Notes: a model not told the origin generated them from the sequence alone. DNA of 64,000 bases from Octopus sinensis (GCF_006345805.1 NC_043003.1:95852001-95916000); one strand, 5' to 3'; counted from the stretch's first letter, positions 28,326 to 43,062 are shown. Numbers and translations are program-made.

Positions 28326-31300
28326 CACCATTACTACTGCTACTACCACCACCACCACCATTACTACTGCTACTACCACCACCACCACCATTACTACTAC
28401 TACTACCACCACCACCATTACTACTACTACTACTACTACTACTTCATGCTTGCATGGGTTTGATGGAACTGGTTAAGACAACCCTTGCCTGTTTCTAAGT
28501 AATGTTATATTTCCGCATGACCAGACATGTTTTCACAGAAGGTTGGAAATGAAGGACACTGCTTGTATGCCAGTGACACATTTCTTTATCTCTCGCTTCA
28601 CTGTGTACATGGTGATATATACATGTGTATATACTAGTGATTGTTTATATTTCTCTGTGTATGTGTATGTGGTATGTGTATTTGGACATTATGTTATGTA
28701 TTCGAATATATAGTCATTATTCATTTTTATGTGAAGATGCGTGGCTTAGTGGTTAGGGTCTTTGGCTCACTATCGTAAGATCATGAGTTCGATTCCCAGT
28801 AGTGCATTGTTTCCTTGAGCAAGACACTTTATTTACTTTGCTCCAGTACACTCATCTGGCAAAAATGAGTAGTATCTGTATTTCAAAGGGCCAGCCTTGT
28901 CATACTCTGTGTCGTGCTGAATTTCCCTGAGAGTTACGTTAAGGGTACACATATCTGTATGTGTATGGCAGTGAGATGGCAGAAACGTTAGCATGCTGGA
29001 CGAAATGCTTAGCAGTGTTTCGTCTGCCGTTACGTTCTGAGTTCAAATTCTGCCGAGGTCGACTTTGCCTTTCATCCTTTCGGGGTCAATAAATTAAGTA
29101 CCAGTTGCGCACTGGGATCGATGTAATGAAAGCATCCGTTCTCTTATTCCCTCTCATGATCCACTATCCTCATCCTCTTGTATGCTCATCTTGTTCTTTG
29201 AGAGTTTGCTCTAGCATCCCATCTCTAACTTCCTCTTGTCTCCTACAGCCATACATCTCTATTGCAAGACACCCTTGCTTGTTCCTTTGTCATACTTTAG
29301 TCTCTCAGTGCCTGGCTTACAGCCTCTTATCTCCACCTTCCCTGCCTAAATACTTCATCTTAGTCGTGGTAACTTTTTCTTCCTTTTCCTTCTCCATTAT
29401 TTTCTGTCTTGCAAGTTATATGGCAACGTCATTAGTGCCAGTGGCACGATAAAAGCACCCAGTTATACTCTGTAAAGTGGCTGGTATTAGAAAGGGAATC
29501 CAGCAGTAGAAATCATGCTAAAGATGACATTAGAGCTTGCTGCAGCTCAACAGTCACTGGTTCCCTGTGAAACCATCCTACCCTTGCTAGCATGGAAAGC
29601 AGGTATTAACTAATCATAAATAAATGACTGAAATAAACAGATTTTGTGACAGGTTTCAGTTCTCAGTTACGATTGTTTCAATTTTGTCTTTACTTTCTTT
29701 GCTAACATTCTTGAGAAAGGTATTGATGTTACAGTATTAATTCCCATAAGAATATACTCTTGGATGCTTATCATTGAACAAGATCTCATAATCCAAGACT
29801 TCAGTGGTTTATAATCAACATAATATTTCTTTATGTTCATCTTTACCTTATAATATTTTTTACCCTACAATAATATCAAGCCAAGTGAAATCATAGTTGT
29901 GGCCAATGCCACTGTCATATAACTTTTGCCAGTGGCATGTAAAATGCACCCATTACTCTTGGAGTGGTTAGTGTTAGGAAGGGCATCCAACTGTAGAAAC
30001 CTTGCCAAATCAGATTGGAACCTGGTGCAGCTCTCCAGCTCACCATTTTCAGTCAAACTTTCTAATCCATGCCAGCATGGAAAGCAGACACTAAATAATG
30101 AAGTTTTTGTTTATCTATTTTTTTTAAAGGAACTACAGGATAGGAAATACAAACTGGAATCTACTCAGCGTGAATTGCGTTCTCATTTGAACTCAGCCGA
30201 AGAACAACTGCAGCTTGGTAAAATAGAAATTCAAAATCTACGCAAACAAAATGTATCGATGGATGCAAAACTTCACGAGCAGGAGAAACTCATCAACCAA
30301 CAAGGTACTCGCATTGCTGTTCTGGAACAGGAATTGAAAGACAAGGAACAAGTGTTGGCTAAGTCTTCTGATCTTTTAGGTTCAGAGCAAGACCAAAAGG
30401 TAAGGGAACTGTTCTTTAGAAAACAAACAAAAGTAGTGCATGGAAACAGTTAATTGAATTTATTCCAGGATATCACAGCTTCCTGTTTTTATTGACTCCT
30501 TCCCAACTTCCTACCATATTAATGAAAGACAAAATCAGTAATATCATTAACCCTTTCGTTACCAACCCAGCTGAAACCGGCTCTGGCTCTTTAGTAGAAA
30601 TGTCTTGTTTTCATAAGTTTCGAATTAAAATCTTCCAAATCTTAGTTAAAATTTATGTTCCTAACACTAGCTTAATGATAACTAAGTTATTTTACTAAAT
30701 TCTCTGTTATATATAAAATTAATTGAAAGAAACACAGAGCATCTCAAAATAAATACGGTAACGAAAGGGTTAATATAAGGCAGCTAACTGGCAGAAATGT
30801 TAGTGCACCAGGTGAAATGCTTAACTGTATTTCGTCTGTCTTTACGTTTTAAATGGTGGTGCATCAGCATGGCCGCAGCTCTGAGCTGAAACTACAGGAA
30901 AAAAAAAAACTTTGTGAAGGCACATGGCTCAATGGTTAGCGCATTGAACTTACGACTGTGAGGTTGTGAGTTTGATTCCCGGACTGGGCTGCGTGTTGTG
31001 TTCTTGAGCAAGGCACTTTATTTCATGTTGCTCCAGCTGTAGAAATGAGTTGCAATGTCACTGATGCCAGGCTGTATCGGCCCCTTTGCCTTTCCCTTGG
31101 ATAACATCGGTGGCATGGAGAGGAGAGGCTGGCATGCATGGGTGACTGCTGGTCTTCCATAAAAACAACCCTAGGTTGTGTGTTCACTGGTGAGGCGACT
31201 TTCCACCCAGACTTGTACCCCAGAGGGGAACCTCTTAGGTGCACCAATGGTCATTCATGACTGACAGAGTTGAGTTTCCAGTTAGTTTGTTACATATTGA

Positions 31301-34300
31301 ATAGTTTACATCCATTTATCCATCATCCTATGATCAAAAAGGTTCCAGTCATGACCATTCCATTTGTTTTTTAAAATAGGATTATCTTCTTGTTTAAGCA
31401 AGTAGGATTTGATTTGAAGGAGATTTCACTGTTTGTATTTAGAGGCTTCCTGATTGAATCATAAACACCATTGTAAAACTGATTCATTGGTTTGCAATGT
31501 TGAATTTATTCCTTCTTTTAGAAAAACCAATTTGTAATAGACCGCTATCCTTTTTGGTAGGCATTTCTTTTACATTGAATTAACCTTATGGAGACTGGAG
31601 TTGAGCATTAGTTGTATGAATCCCGATCTAAAAAAGAGTAGTTTTCTTTCTTTTTTTTTTCTTTTTTGTCCAATTAATAATCTATCTTTTGTAATTTCAG
31701 AAAAGATATGAGGAGGAATTTGAATTAAAGCATCGTGAAATTTCAAAGCTGGAAAATAAAGTCAAAGCAATATCTGTAGAAGTAAAGAAAGGCAATGAGA
31801 TAATCCGTAAACTTCAGTCAGAGAACAAGAACTATCATGCCAAAGTAAGTGTCTTTTACAACTCTAGGAATCCTGGTTAGTCATTTGTCTATGGATTGGG
31901 ATCTTAGAATTCTTCTAAATCCAAACTTTAGAAAATGCCCTCCTACAGTTTTTACAACCCATAATGGTTTGTTTCTCTGAATTTTTTTGACTGTTTAAAT
32001 CTTGAACTTCTTAAAGCCAACACTCTGTAATTTAGCTCCATTGTTACCATTGGGTGTAGTTTTTTTAGTGAAAACATGAAAATTAAGTTATGTGTGATAT
32101 CTATGGGGTACATGATAATCTTGATGATTTTGCTTCCACCTTCCAGACATGTAGCCCTGCTTGGTTGTATAAATAGACTCTTTATTTTGAATATGATACT
32201 ATACTCTTGTGATGCAAATAAATAGAAATAAATAAGAATACTTTGTAAGGTGTTAGGCATGTGTAGAAATCATCATCATCATCGTTTAGCGTCCGCTTTC
32301 CATGCTAGCATGGGTTGGACGGTTCAACTGGGGTCTGGGAAGCCAGAAGGCTGCACCAGGCCCAGTTGGATCTGGCAATGTTTCTACAGCTGGATGCCCT
32401 TTCTAACGCCAACTACTCCGTGAGTGTAGTGGGTGCTTTTTACGTGCCAGATGAGGGTAGCAAACGGCCACGATCGGATGGTGCTTTTTACGTGCCACCG
32501 GCATGGAGGCCAGGCCAGGCTGGCAACGGCCACATTAAGAGGGTGCTTTTTACGTGCCACCGGCACAAGTCCAGGCCTAATGCAGGTGTTCTATTGTTTT
32601 TCTGGACAGAACACTTTATGTCTTGCAAATGAGTCATCTCTCTCCAAAACTATTGACCATGAACAGTGATTTCAGTTATGAAAAATTTAATGGCAAGAGT
32701 ACACTGGTATATAGAATATAATTATCTGAAATTGCAAGGAGTTAAGAGCAAATGAATAAAACCTCTGCTGCAGAGTCAGATTACTGGCAACTTGATCACA
32801 CTGGCTTGCTTGATGGGGCTGGGTGGGGTGGTGGTGTGTAGGGGGTCATCTCAGGTTAGTGGTCCTGGAGTCATCATCATGTGTAGAGCTGACCAGGTCC
32901 ACCAGTGATTTCCATTCCTGGCAGTCTTGTGTTAGCCTCTCTGCATCCTCTAAGGTGACGTGTAGTTTCTGGAGACCTTCCTCAATCATGTCCGGCCATC
33001 TGGTGGTGGTGGTGGTGGAGGGGCATCCTCCAAACTTCTTCCAGTCTGCAGCTGCTGCATTGAATGAGAGCAAAGCCCCGGTATTCATCATCATCATCAT
33101 CATCGTTTAGCTTCCGCTTTCCATGCTAGCATGGGTTGGACGGTCCAACTGGGGTCTGGCAAGCCAGAAGGCTGCACCAGGCCCAGTCTGATCTGGCAGT
33201 GTTTCTACAGCTGGATGCCCTTCCTAACACCAACCACTCCGTGAGTGTAGTGGCTGCTTTTTACGTGCCACCGGCACAGGTGCCAGACTCGTCTGGCAAA
33301 TGGCTACGATCGGATGGTGCTTTTTACGTGCCACCGGCACGGGGGCCAGGCGAGGCTGGCAATGGCTACAAACGGATGGTGCTTTTTACGTGCCACCGGC
33401 ATGAGGCCAGTCGGGGCGGGCGCTGGCAACGGCCATGTTCGGATGGTTCTCTTACGTGCCACCGGCACTGGTATCACAGCTGCAATTTCTGCTGTTCTAA
33501 ATACAAATTGTTTACTACACTAGGGCATATGTACTCTAGTTGTAAACTTACCATCATTCTGTGGAGGCCTACACATAGAAGGGAGTTTGCCATGTTCATG
33601 TCACAACTACACTCCTATTGAGAACCTACCTCCATCCTTACAACACCTACACTTCTTGGAGGACTTTGTCACAATCTCATGGTACCTGCACACACAGTGG
33701 GATTTTGCAACATCCTGATCAATATAAAGTCATTTACTGATATGCTCCAGCTTTTCGCTCTCTAGCATACTATATCTGTCTCTGCTGTTTTTACTACTAC
33801 TGTTATGGCTTCTGCTCCTTCTAGCTGTCTGGGCTTATGCCACCTCCTCTCATGCCAGTCTACTCATCTTTCTCCTTCTCATTACCCTTGTGTGTCCTGC
33901 TGTCTAGGCTTTGTATTAATTACTATACCTGGTCCTTCCTTGCCAGAATATCAGCTCCCTGGAACTTTCTCTTTGCTTATGTCTTCCCTGAAGTGTTAAC
34001 TAGCAACTGTTCAGGAGAACTATTAATGGCATCAATCTCAATGGTTTCTTAGAGCCTGAATTGCCTATTCCTCCAGATCCTACAAGTAGAAAAACAAAAG
34101 CAAAGGCCGTGATAATAACTACTTACAATAAGTAGGCGTTAGAAAGGGCATCCAGCCGTAGAAACACTGCCAGACCAGACTGGGCCTGGCGCAGCCTTCT
34201 GGCTTCCCAGACCCCAGTTGAACCGTCCAACCCATGCTAGCATGGAAAACGGACGTTAAACGATGATGATGAATAAATTCAGCCATCAAATCAGTATATC

Positions 34301-37300
34301 AAGATTTTTTAACTTCATGTTTTACTGTGTGTACCATGAAAACACCAATCCTGCATACTTAGAGGATCTAGTATTTCAGTGAATACATTACATGTAAACT
34401 GTGTGTGTGTGTGTGTTTTCCAGGTGAAACTCAGAAGCCAGATAGCTTCAGAACAGGAGAAGGTGATTTCCGAAAAAGATGATTTGATAGAGAATATGCA
34501 GGTAGAGTTGAAGACATTGAAAGAGAACTCAAGCAAGAAAGAAGATGAGGTTTGCATTTTTTTCATCATTCACTTTATGAAAGCAAAAGATAATTACATG
34601 ATGTAATTTTATAATTTCAGTATTTATACACTGGAAGCATATTTATGATTATGTTATGATAGCATGTGTGTGTGTGTGGTTTATTTTCTTAGTATAAATG
34701 TGAGAAATGTAACTCAGTAACATAGAGTATATATATATTTATAGCTATGTAGTTAAGAAGGTTGCTTCCTAGTCATGATTTCAGATTCACTCCCAAATGA
34801 AGAGAAAACCCTTTGACTATGTTTTCTCCTGTAGTGAGAAACATACTGTAAATCCTCAAGTATCATCCGCATTTTTTCCCAAAAATTTAAAGGTCAAGAT
34901 CCCTAGTGTGTACTATATACGAGGTTAAAAATGAAGAATATTTTCTAAGCAATGTCCGAGTCTCTATTTGCTGTCCGGCGATGTTTATTCAGACGCATTT
35001 TGTGATGTCGGGCGCGAAAATACCTTAAACTAAGCCTGAAAGCAATGAAGTCATAAAAGTATCATCCATATCTTGCAGTAAGCAGCATTTATTAAACGTT
35101 ATTACTGTTATTTCTTTATTTTCTGCAAACAAAATGCACAAAAAAGCTACACATTTGCATTATGTTATATATACAATAATAATAAAGGACGTCACCGTAT
35201 ACATTTTTACAAACCAAAGACGTTATATAGACCTCCTTGACTCAAGTTAGAGAAGGGGTGCGTATTATATAGAAGGTTTAGGTTTTTCAGAGGTACAGCC
35301 CCCTACAAATCCCCTGTGTATTATACTCAAGGGCCGACTATACTCGAGGATTTATGGTGTATCTCACTTCTCTCCTCTCCGAAATCATTGTCCTCAGTGA
35401 TCTCAATGCTCACAAATTTTCACAGCCTCTCAAACTTGTCTCTCACTGATGCTGCTGCATAGAAACCAAATCTGGTTTAAGTGTCAACGAAAAGTTCTTT
35501 GAGGTTACATGGCTGAGAGGTCTTTCAGCTTTTGTGTTTTCCTTCTCTAAATTGCTTTTTGTCTTAGTATTTACCTAGCACTTATTTTAAAGCTTCTTAT
35601 CACTAATCTGTGTTAGATCCTATGTTCATCATTTATGTGAGAAAATTAAACCTTAGTTCGTTTTTGTATGTGGTTTGCAAGATTCTTTATGTGAATTCGT
35701 GTGTTGAAGCATATTTTATTGTGTCTGGGGAGAGTCATTCTCTTTTAGTGCCTTATTAATTTAACGCTTTCACCGGTCTGAGTAAATGAGTGGAAATCAG
35801 ACCAGTGAGTGTGTTAAATTAATAAGGCATTAAAAGAGAATGGCTCTCCCCAGATACGATAAAACCTTAGTTCTTTACTCCCATCTCGCTGAATTTTTCT
35901 GTGTGAAAGTTTCAAGTTTTCTTTACAAAGCAGTTTTAGGGACAAAACAAATAAAAGACTTTTAAATTGGTATTGTTATTGCAAATTTAAATATATTTAT
36001 ATATTCTGGCTAAAACTTTTTTATTGTAATTTTTTTTCTTATTCAGAATGAAAAACTCAAAACTAATTTAGAAAATGTAACGAAAAAGTTAGAAGAATGT
36101 AATGAAATGCTGAAAACAAACGAGAATGGTATGTATAGTTTGAATTTGTTTGAAAATTCATATAATTGTCTGTTCAGTTAGGATATGCAATGACTTAGAC
36201 ATGTAAAACATCCAGTATCCTCTATAAAGTGGTTGGCATTAGAAAGGGCATCCAACTGTTGAAACCAAGCCAAAACAGATGACTGGGGCTTGGTGCAGCT
36301 CACCAGCTTTGGCCAAACCGTCTAACCCAGGTCAGCATGGAAAACACATTAAATGATGATGATTCTGATGAATACTAATTTACTGTGCATTAATATATAT
36401 GAGAATACCTGCTCACCACAGCATAATTGTTAATGCTCCCCTCCTAGCTGAAGGGTTTTTTTTGCTTTGCAAGAGCCTTGTGCTGGTGTCACGTATAAAG
36501 CACCACAGCTACTGTCACCTAAGAATTACTCATGCCAGTGCCATGTGAAAAGCACCCATGCTGGGCCATGTAAAAGGTACTGAGCACACTCTGTAAAGTA
36601 GTTGGCATTAGGAGGGGCATTCAGCCATAGAAACCAAGTCAAAATCAGACTGGAACCTGGCCCACTTCTCCAGTTTGGCAGCTCTGGTCAAACCATGCAA
36701 CCCATGGCAGCATGGAAAACAGACAGTAAAGGGTGATGATGATGATGATGATGATGATAACATCCATAGGTCTATCAATCTGTTTGTGTGCTAGTTCAAC
36801 CAATTAACTCTTTAGTGTTGTATATACAACATCTGGTTCTATATGTATGGTGTCATGTATGCCATACATAGGCGGCGAGCTGGCAGAAACGTTAGCGCGC
36901 CGGGCGAAATGCTTAGCGGTATTTCGTCTGTCGTTACGTTCTGAGTTCAAATTCTGCCGAGATCGACTTTGCCTTTCATCCTTTCGGGGTCGATAAATAA
37001 AGTACCAGTTTCGCATGGGGTCGATGTAATCGACTTAATCCCTTTGTCTGTCCTTGCTTGTCCCCTCTGTGTTTAGCCCCTTGTGGGTAGTAAAGAAATA
37101 CATACATATTTGTGTGTACAGCATCTGGTGTTGTGTTGGTGTCATTACTGTGTTCATCATCTAGTATTATAAGTGCAATATCTGCTGTTGTATGTTTATC
37201 ATCTATCATTGTATGTGTATCCTCTGCTGTTGTATATGCACAATCTTTCATTTTGTGTGTATCATATATCATTGTATGTGCATCATCCATTGTTGTGTAT

Positions 37301-40300
37301 GTACCATCTCTGGTGTTGTATGTGCAGTGTCTTTCACTATATGTGCATCATTTATCATTGCGTATGCTTCATCTGTCATTTTATAGTCTCTGGTGTTGTA
37401 TGTGTATCATCTAGTATCACATGTACAGAATCTGGTGTCGTACATACATCATTTATTGGGTGTATATGTTTATCATCTGGTGTGGTGTGTGTATCATTTA
37501 GTATGGTATGTGCATCATCTGATATTATATGCATACCATATGTCATAGTGCATATAACATCTGGCATTGTATGGTGATCATTTATCATTGCATGTGCATC
37601 ATTCAGTGTTGTGTGTATAGTATCAGGTAGTATTGTATGAAGGTGGCGAGCTGGCAGAATCGTTAGCACGCCGGGCAAAATGCGTAGCCGTATTTCGTCT
37701 GCCGTTACATTCTGAGTTCAAATTCCGCCGAGGTCGACTTTGCCTTTCATCCTTTCGGGGTCGATTAAATAAGTACCAGTTACGCACTGGGGTCGATGTG
37801 ATCGACTTAATCCGTGTGTCTGTCCTTGTTTGTCCCCTCTGTGTTTAGCCCCTTGTGGGTAGTAAAGAAATAGGTAGTATTGTATAGTATGCATCATCTA
37901 GTGTTGTATGCAGTATGCAGTGTTTGACATTGTGAAATGATCTATTATGGTAAAACGTTGCCAAAATCTTCTATTCTAGTGATTCAATGGCTCAACAAGC
38001 AAGTAAATGAAGTCCAGCTCTCTAGTAGTGGCCGAACAACAACATTTGAAACTAGTCATAACAGCACCCAATCCACTGCAGGCAGTGGAGCCTTCAGAAA
38101 TCATGTTGCCATGGCTGCAGTAAGTGCAATTTTTTTTATCTTATAATCATTATTATTATTATTATTATTTCTTTTTTCATTTTTAAATATGCCTCAGATC
38201 CCTTGAATTGGGTTGTCATGGATTTCCTGTCGCTCAATTTTTATTGATATTTAAGGGTACACATTAGTAGAGAGGCCATTAGATCAAATGTGCATGGATA
38301 TTATAGTGGTTCTAAGGTGGTGAGCTGGTGGAATCATTAGCACACTGGGAAAATGCTTAGCAGCATTTCATCTGTCTTTATGTTCTGAGTTCAAATTCCA
38401 CCTAGGTCGACTTTGCCTTTCATTCTTTCAGGGTCTACTTTGCCTTTCATCCTTTCGGGGTTGGTAACATAGGTACCAGTCAAATACTAGGGTTGATGTA
38501 ATTGGCTTAACCCTTGCTCAGAACGTGCTGGCCTTGTGCCAAAATTTTGAAATCAGTATCATAGTGGGTTGTAAAGCGAAACATGATTGAAGCAGGTTAC
38601 CAAAAGTAAGCTGTTTTATCAAAGTCTTCTGCTTTTTTTTTGTCAGGTAAACATTTAGGACAGATCTATCTAACAAAGAAAGTCACCCCAAGAACATAGA
38701 CATTAAATGAAAAGTTATCCCAGTGTTCTACTGGTAACTATGTACACTATAGTATTTATATATTGTTAGATAGACTTTTCAGATGTGTGTTAAATGTGTC
38801 TGTCTAGGTATTCAGCATAGTACTAGTAATGAGGTTCAACCTGTAAATTGACACCCTATAAACCAGCTGCCTCTCTTTGTTATCTTATGAAAAGCTTATG
38901 ATATTAATTTGAATATCTTTATTCTGTTTCATTATTTCAGCCAGGATTTCTGCCTTCCAATTTGAATCCGTCCTCAAGATATCCAACCCAGGACGTCAAC
39001 AACATAGCATCTCAAGTACATTTAACCAAAAGCCAAAATATCAGTTCAAAACCTCAGGTATTAAACAGCTTGATATTCTTTCTCCGTAACTCATGTCCTG
39101 GTTTCTGCTGTTTCCACTGTGGCCATACTGAGGTACTGCCAACAATGAAATATAATTTGCAATATCTAATCAGTGGTTTGAGGCAGTGAGTGGGCAGAAT
39201 TATTAACCTGCCGGGTAAAATGCTCAGTGGCATTTTGTCCGTCTTTATATTCTGAGTTCAAATTCTGCCAAGGTTGACTTTGTCTTTTATCCTTTGTGGG
39301 CTGATAAAATAAGTATCAGTGGAGTACCCACTCCACTGAAATTACTGGCCTTGTGCCAAAATCTGAAAGCAGTGTCATAGTGGGTGTTACTGTTCAACCT
39401 AGGTCAGCTTTGATTGAGTAAATTTGTTATCTATGACATTCTAGCTTTTATCATAATTTTTTTCAGGTATTCTACAACTTGGGCTACATTATTCAGTATC
39501 TCTTACTTCTTTTCTCAAGATGGTAGCTTGTGAGTTGGGGTGATTTTAGCTGCTATTTCTCCCAGAGACTTCCTTGTTGATTGGATGTTTGTAACTATTT
39601 TCATTCAGTTATTTTGTTTTTGGAATGGATGAGACAGTGCATGCAAACTTATACATTGCAAGTCATCCTTTCTATCTTGTATTGTTTGGACACCATATTT
39701 TCTTTTACTGAAGATGAATTTTTAAATCAAATTTCTGATTAGAATCTAATCAACTCCTGTGTCTGTCAACTTGCCAGTTTAATACTGGGAGTCAATGTAA
39801 TTGAATTAGATTGATCCTGCTGGTGGTGTAAAACATTTGTGATGGTGCCACGTAAAAGTGCCTGTGTGGTACCATGTAAAAGCATCTGTGTGGTGCCACA
39901 TAATAGCACTCTTGTGTTGTCATGCGACTCCAAGTAAAAGTGCTTGTGCGGTGTCACGTAAAAGCATCTGTGTGGTGCAACGTAAAAGCACCCGTGTGCT
40001 TTTGTTTTCTTCAGTTTTTTTTTTTTTGAAGAGTTTCAAATGGAGTCAATGGAGCTTCAGTATGATATTTGACTGAAGCAGGAACATACAGAAGCTGGAT
40101 GGAGATTACAGATCTCTACAAGTTTCTTTCATATAAAAATTTCCAACGCGGGAGTGGCTGTGCGGTAAGTAGCTTGCTAACCTACCACATGGTTCCGGGT
40201 TCAGTCCCACTGCGTGGCATCTTGGGCAAGTGTCTTCTGCTATAGCCCCGGGCCAACCAATGCCTTGTGAGTGGATTTGGTAGACGGAAACTGAAAGAAG

Positions 40301-40309
40301 CCCGTCATA

Positions 40310-40383
<74 letters not shown>

Positions 40384-42109
40384 TTGTGTGTCTGTGTTTG
40401 TCCCCTTAGCATTGCTTGACAACCAATGCTGGTGTGTTTACGTCCCCGTCACTTAGCGGTTCGGCAAAAGAGACCGATAGAATAAGTACTGGGCTTACAA
40501 AGAATAAGTCCCGGGGTCGATCTGCTCGACTAAAGGCGGTGCTCCAGCATGGCCGCAGTCAAATGACTGAAACAAGTAAAAGAGTAAAGAAAATGGATAA
40601 ATTACCCGACATTTACACTGTAATAAAATTTGCATGTCTTGAATATCTGGTCACTCCAAAGCATTACCAAAGATCATCTTCAACCTGAACCAACTGGAGT
40701 TAGCACCCACTACACTCTCAGAGTGGTTGGCATTAGGAAGGGCATCCAACTGTAGAAACTCTGCCCGATCAGGTTGGAGCCTGGTGCAGCCATCTGGTTC
40801 ACCAGTCCTCAGTTAAATCTTCCAACCCATGCTAGCATGGAAAGCGGACGTTAAATGATGATGATGATATATACATTCATATATATATATATATACATAC
40901 ACTCAGCTGGTCGGTTGGTGTTAGGAAGAGCATCCGGTCGTAAAACAGATACAGACGTCTGGTGCAGGCACCTGCTTGGCCAGCTCCTCTCACATCTGTC
41001 CGACCCATGCCAGCACGGAAGGCAGACATTAAACGATGATGATGATGACCTTTGTGTATGCATCCTCAATTCCACCACTTAACAAGCAGGGGTTGTTTTG
41101 TTTACATCCACATAACTTAGTGGCTTGACAAAAGACTAAGGGAATCAGAAGCAGAAGAGAAAAAAACAGAAAAAAAAGAAATTAGTACACGGGTCAATTT
41201 GTTCAACTAAACTGTTCAAGATGGTACCCTAGTACAGTCACAATCCAATGAGTTAATTATAAGATATTTATATATATATAAGACCCGGCAGGACAAGTGA
41301 GTCCATCCCGTGTCCCTTGCCAGGGATGTAGCCAGCCCACTTATGCGCATGCCTTTCCTTCCTAGGACACACGAAGACCTGTTGAGGCAAGCGAAGTCGA
41401 AATCAAATTTGAAATCGAACCTCATCCGACGACAGGCACCCATGCCAACCTCCCTTCATTGGACACTAAACTCTGCTAAACTCTGCTTGTGAAGACCTGT
41501 TGGGGCAAGTGAAATCGGAATCGAAATTGAACCAATCCTATGACTGGCACCCGGCAGTTGCCAGGGCCGCTGTGCAGGTGGCAAGTAAAGAAACACCGTT
41601 TCGACCCTGTGCTTGAGGAGATCCATTGAGTCAAGTACACCAACATAAAAAATCAATGGAAACTGCAGTTGTGATCCCTGTGCCAGTGGCACGTAAAAAG
41701 CACCATCCGAATGTAGCCGATGCCAGCGCCGCCGTGCCAGTGGCATGTAAAAAGCACCATCCAAGCGCCAGCCAGACTGACTTCCATGCCGGTGGCACGT
41801 AAAAAGCACCATCCGAATGTGGCCAATGCCAGCGCTGCCTTGACTGGCTTCCGTGCCGGTGGCACGTAAAAAGCACCAATCCGATCGTAGCTGTTGCCAG
41901 CCTCGCCTGGCACTCGTGCTGGTGGCACGTAAAAAGCACCCACTGCACTCAAGGAGTGGTTGGCGTTAGGAAGGGCATCCAGCTGTAGAAACACTGCCAG
42001 ATCAGACTGGAGCCTAGTGCAGCCTTCTGCATTCCCAGATCCCCGGTCGAACCATCCAACCCATGCTAGCATGGAGAACAGACATTAAATGATGATGATG
42101 ACGATGATG

Positions 42110-42148
<39 letters not shown>

Positions 42149-42697
42149 ATATTATATATATATAAAGACCCCAAAAAAATTTGACTAGCCAAACTAGCTA
42201 TTGATCATAAAACAGACAGGAAAATAATGAATAAACAAACACTCAACACTCAGGAACTTAGCTAACCAAATGTAAATAATATGTGGAGATAATTAATAGA
42301 AGAGCAAGTTTGTTTTTAGAGAAGTAGATAATTAATAACATGGTAAATATAAAGCCAATGTTTAGGCATGAAATTTAGAAAACAGCGATGTGTAAACAAG
42401 GGGCATCATTGAAATGTATTAATTAGCCTATATATATATGGCATTATCAATGTTTCTCGACAAAAATGCTCAAAGGTTGTTTGAAAACATGAGCATTGAA
42501 CACCATTTTTGCTTCTTAAGTATTACCATCATTAATGATTAACAGTACCATTACTTATTCTCTTACCCACCACCACCAACTGCCATTATTTATTTTTCTA
42601 CTGTCATCATCAAATACCAGCCATTATCAGCATCATTATCTAAAACAACTACCACTATTATCACCATAACCACCACCACCACCACCACCACTATTAC

Positions 42698-42734
<37 letters not shown>

Positions 42735-43024
42735 GTTATTGTTATGATGATGATGATTGTTATTATTATTATTATTAAAGGTGGCAAGTTGGCAGAATCG
42801 TTAGTATGCTGGATGAAATGCTTAGCAGTATTTTGCCCATCACTACATTCTGCGTTCAAATTCTGCTGAGGTCGAGTTTGCCTTTCATCCTTTTGGGGTC
42901 GATAAAATTAGTACCAGTTGAACACTGGGGTTGCTGTAATCGACTCATCCCCTCCTTCAAAACTGCCGCCGTTGTAGCAAAATTTGAAACCATTATAATT
43001 ATTATCATCTTTATTATAATTATA

Positions 43025-43062
<38 letters not shown>

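Noticed and set aside
28199-28498. His/Tyr-rich or Pro/Leu-rich protein ORFs
   Set aside because: Translation of a compound trinucleotide microsatellite; no splice signals link it to the gene.
32815-32846. Functional G-quadruplex
   Set aside because: Four G-runs are present, but at the edge of an RTE relic with a long last loop; nothing supports function.
41680-41940. CRISPR array
   Set aside because: Eukaryotic intron; spacers are homologous to one another; no cas genes; the array is continuous with an RTE 3' UTR.
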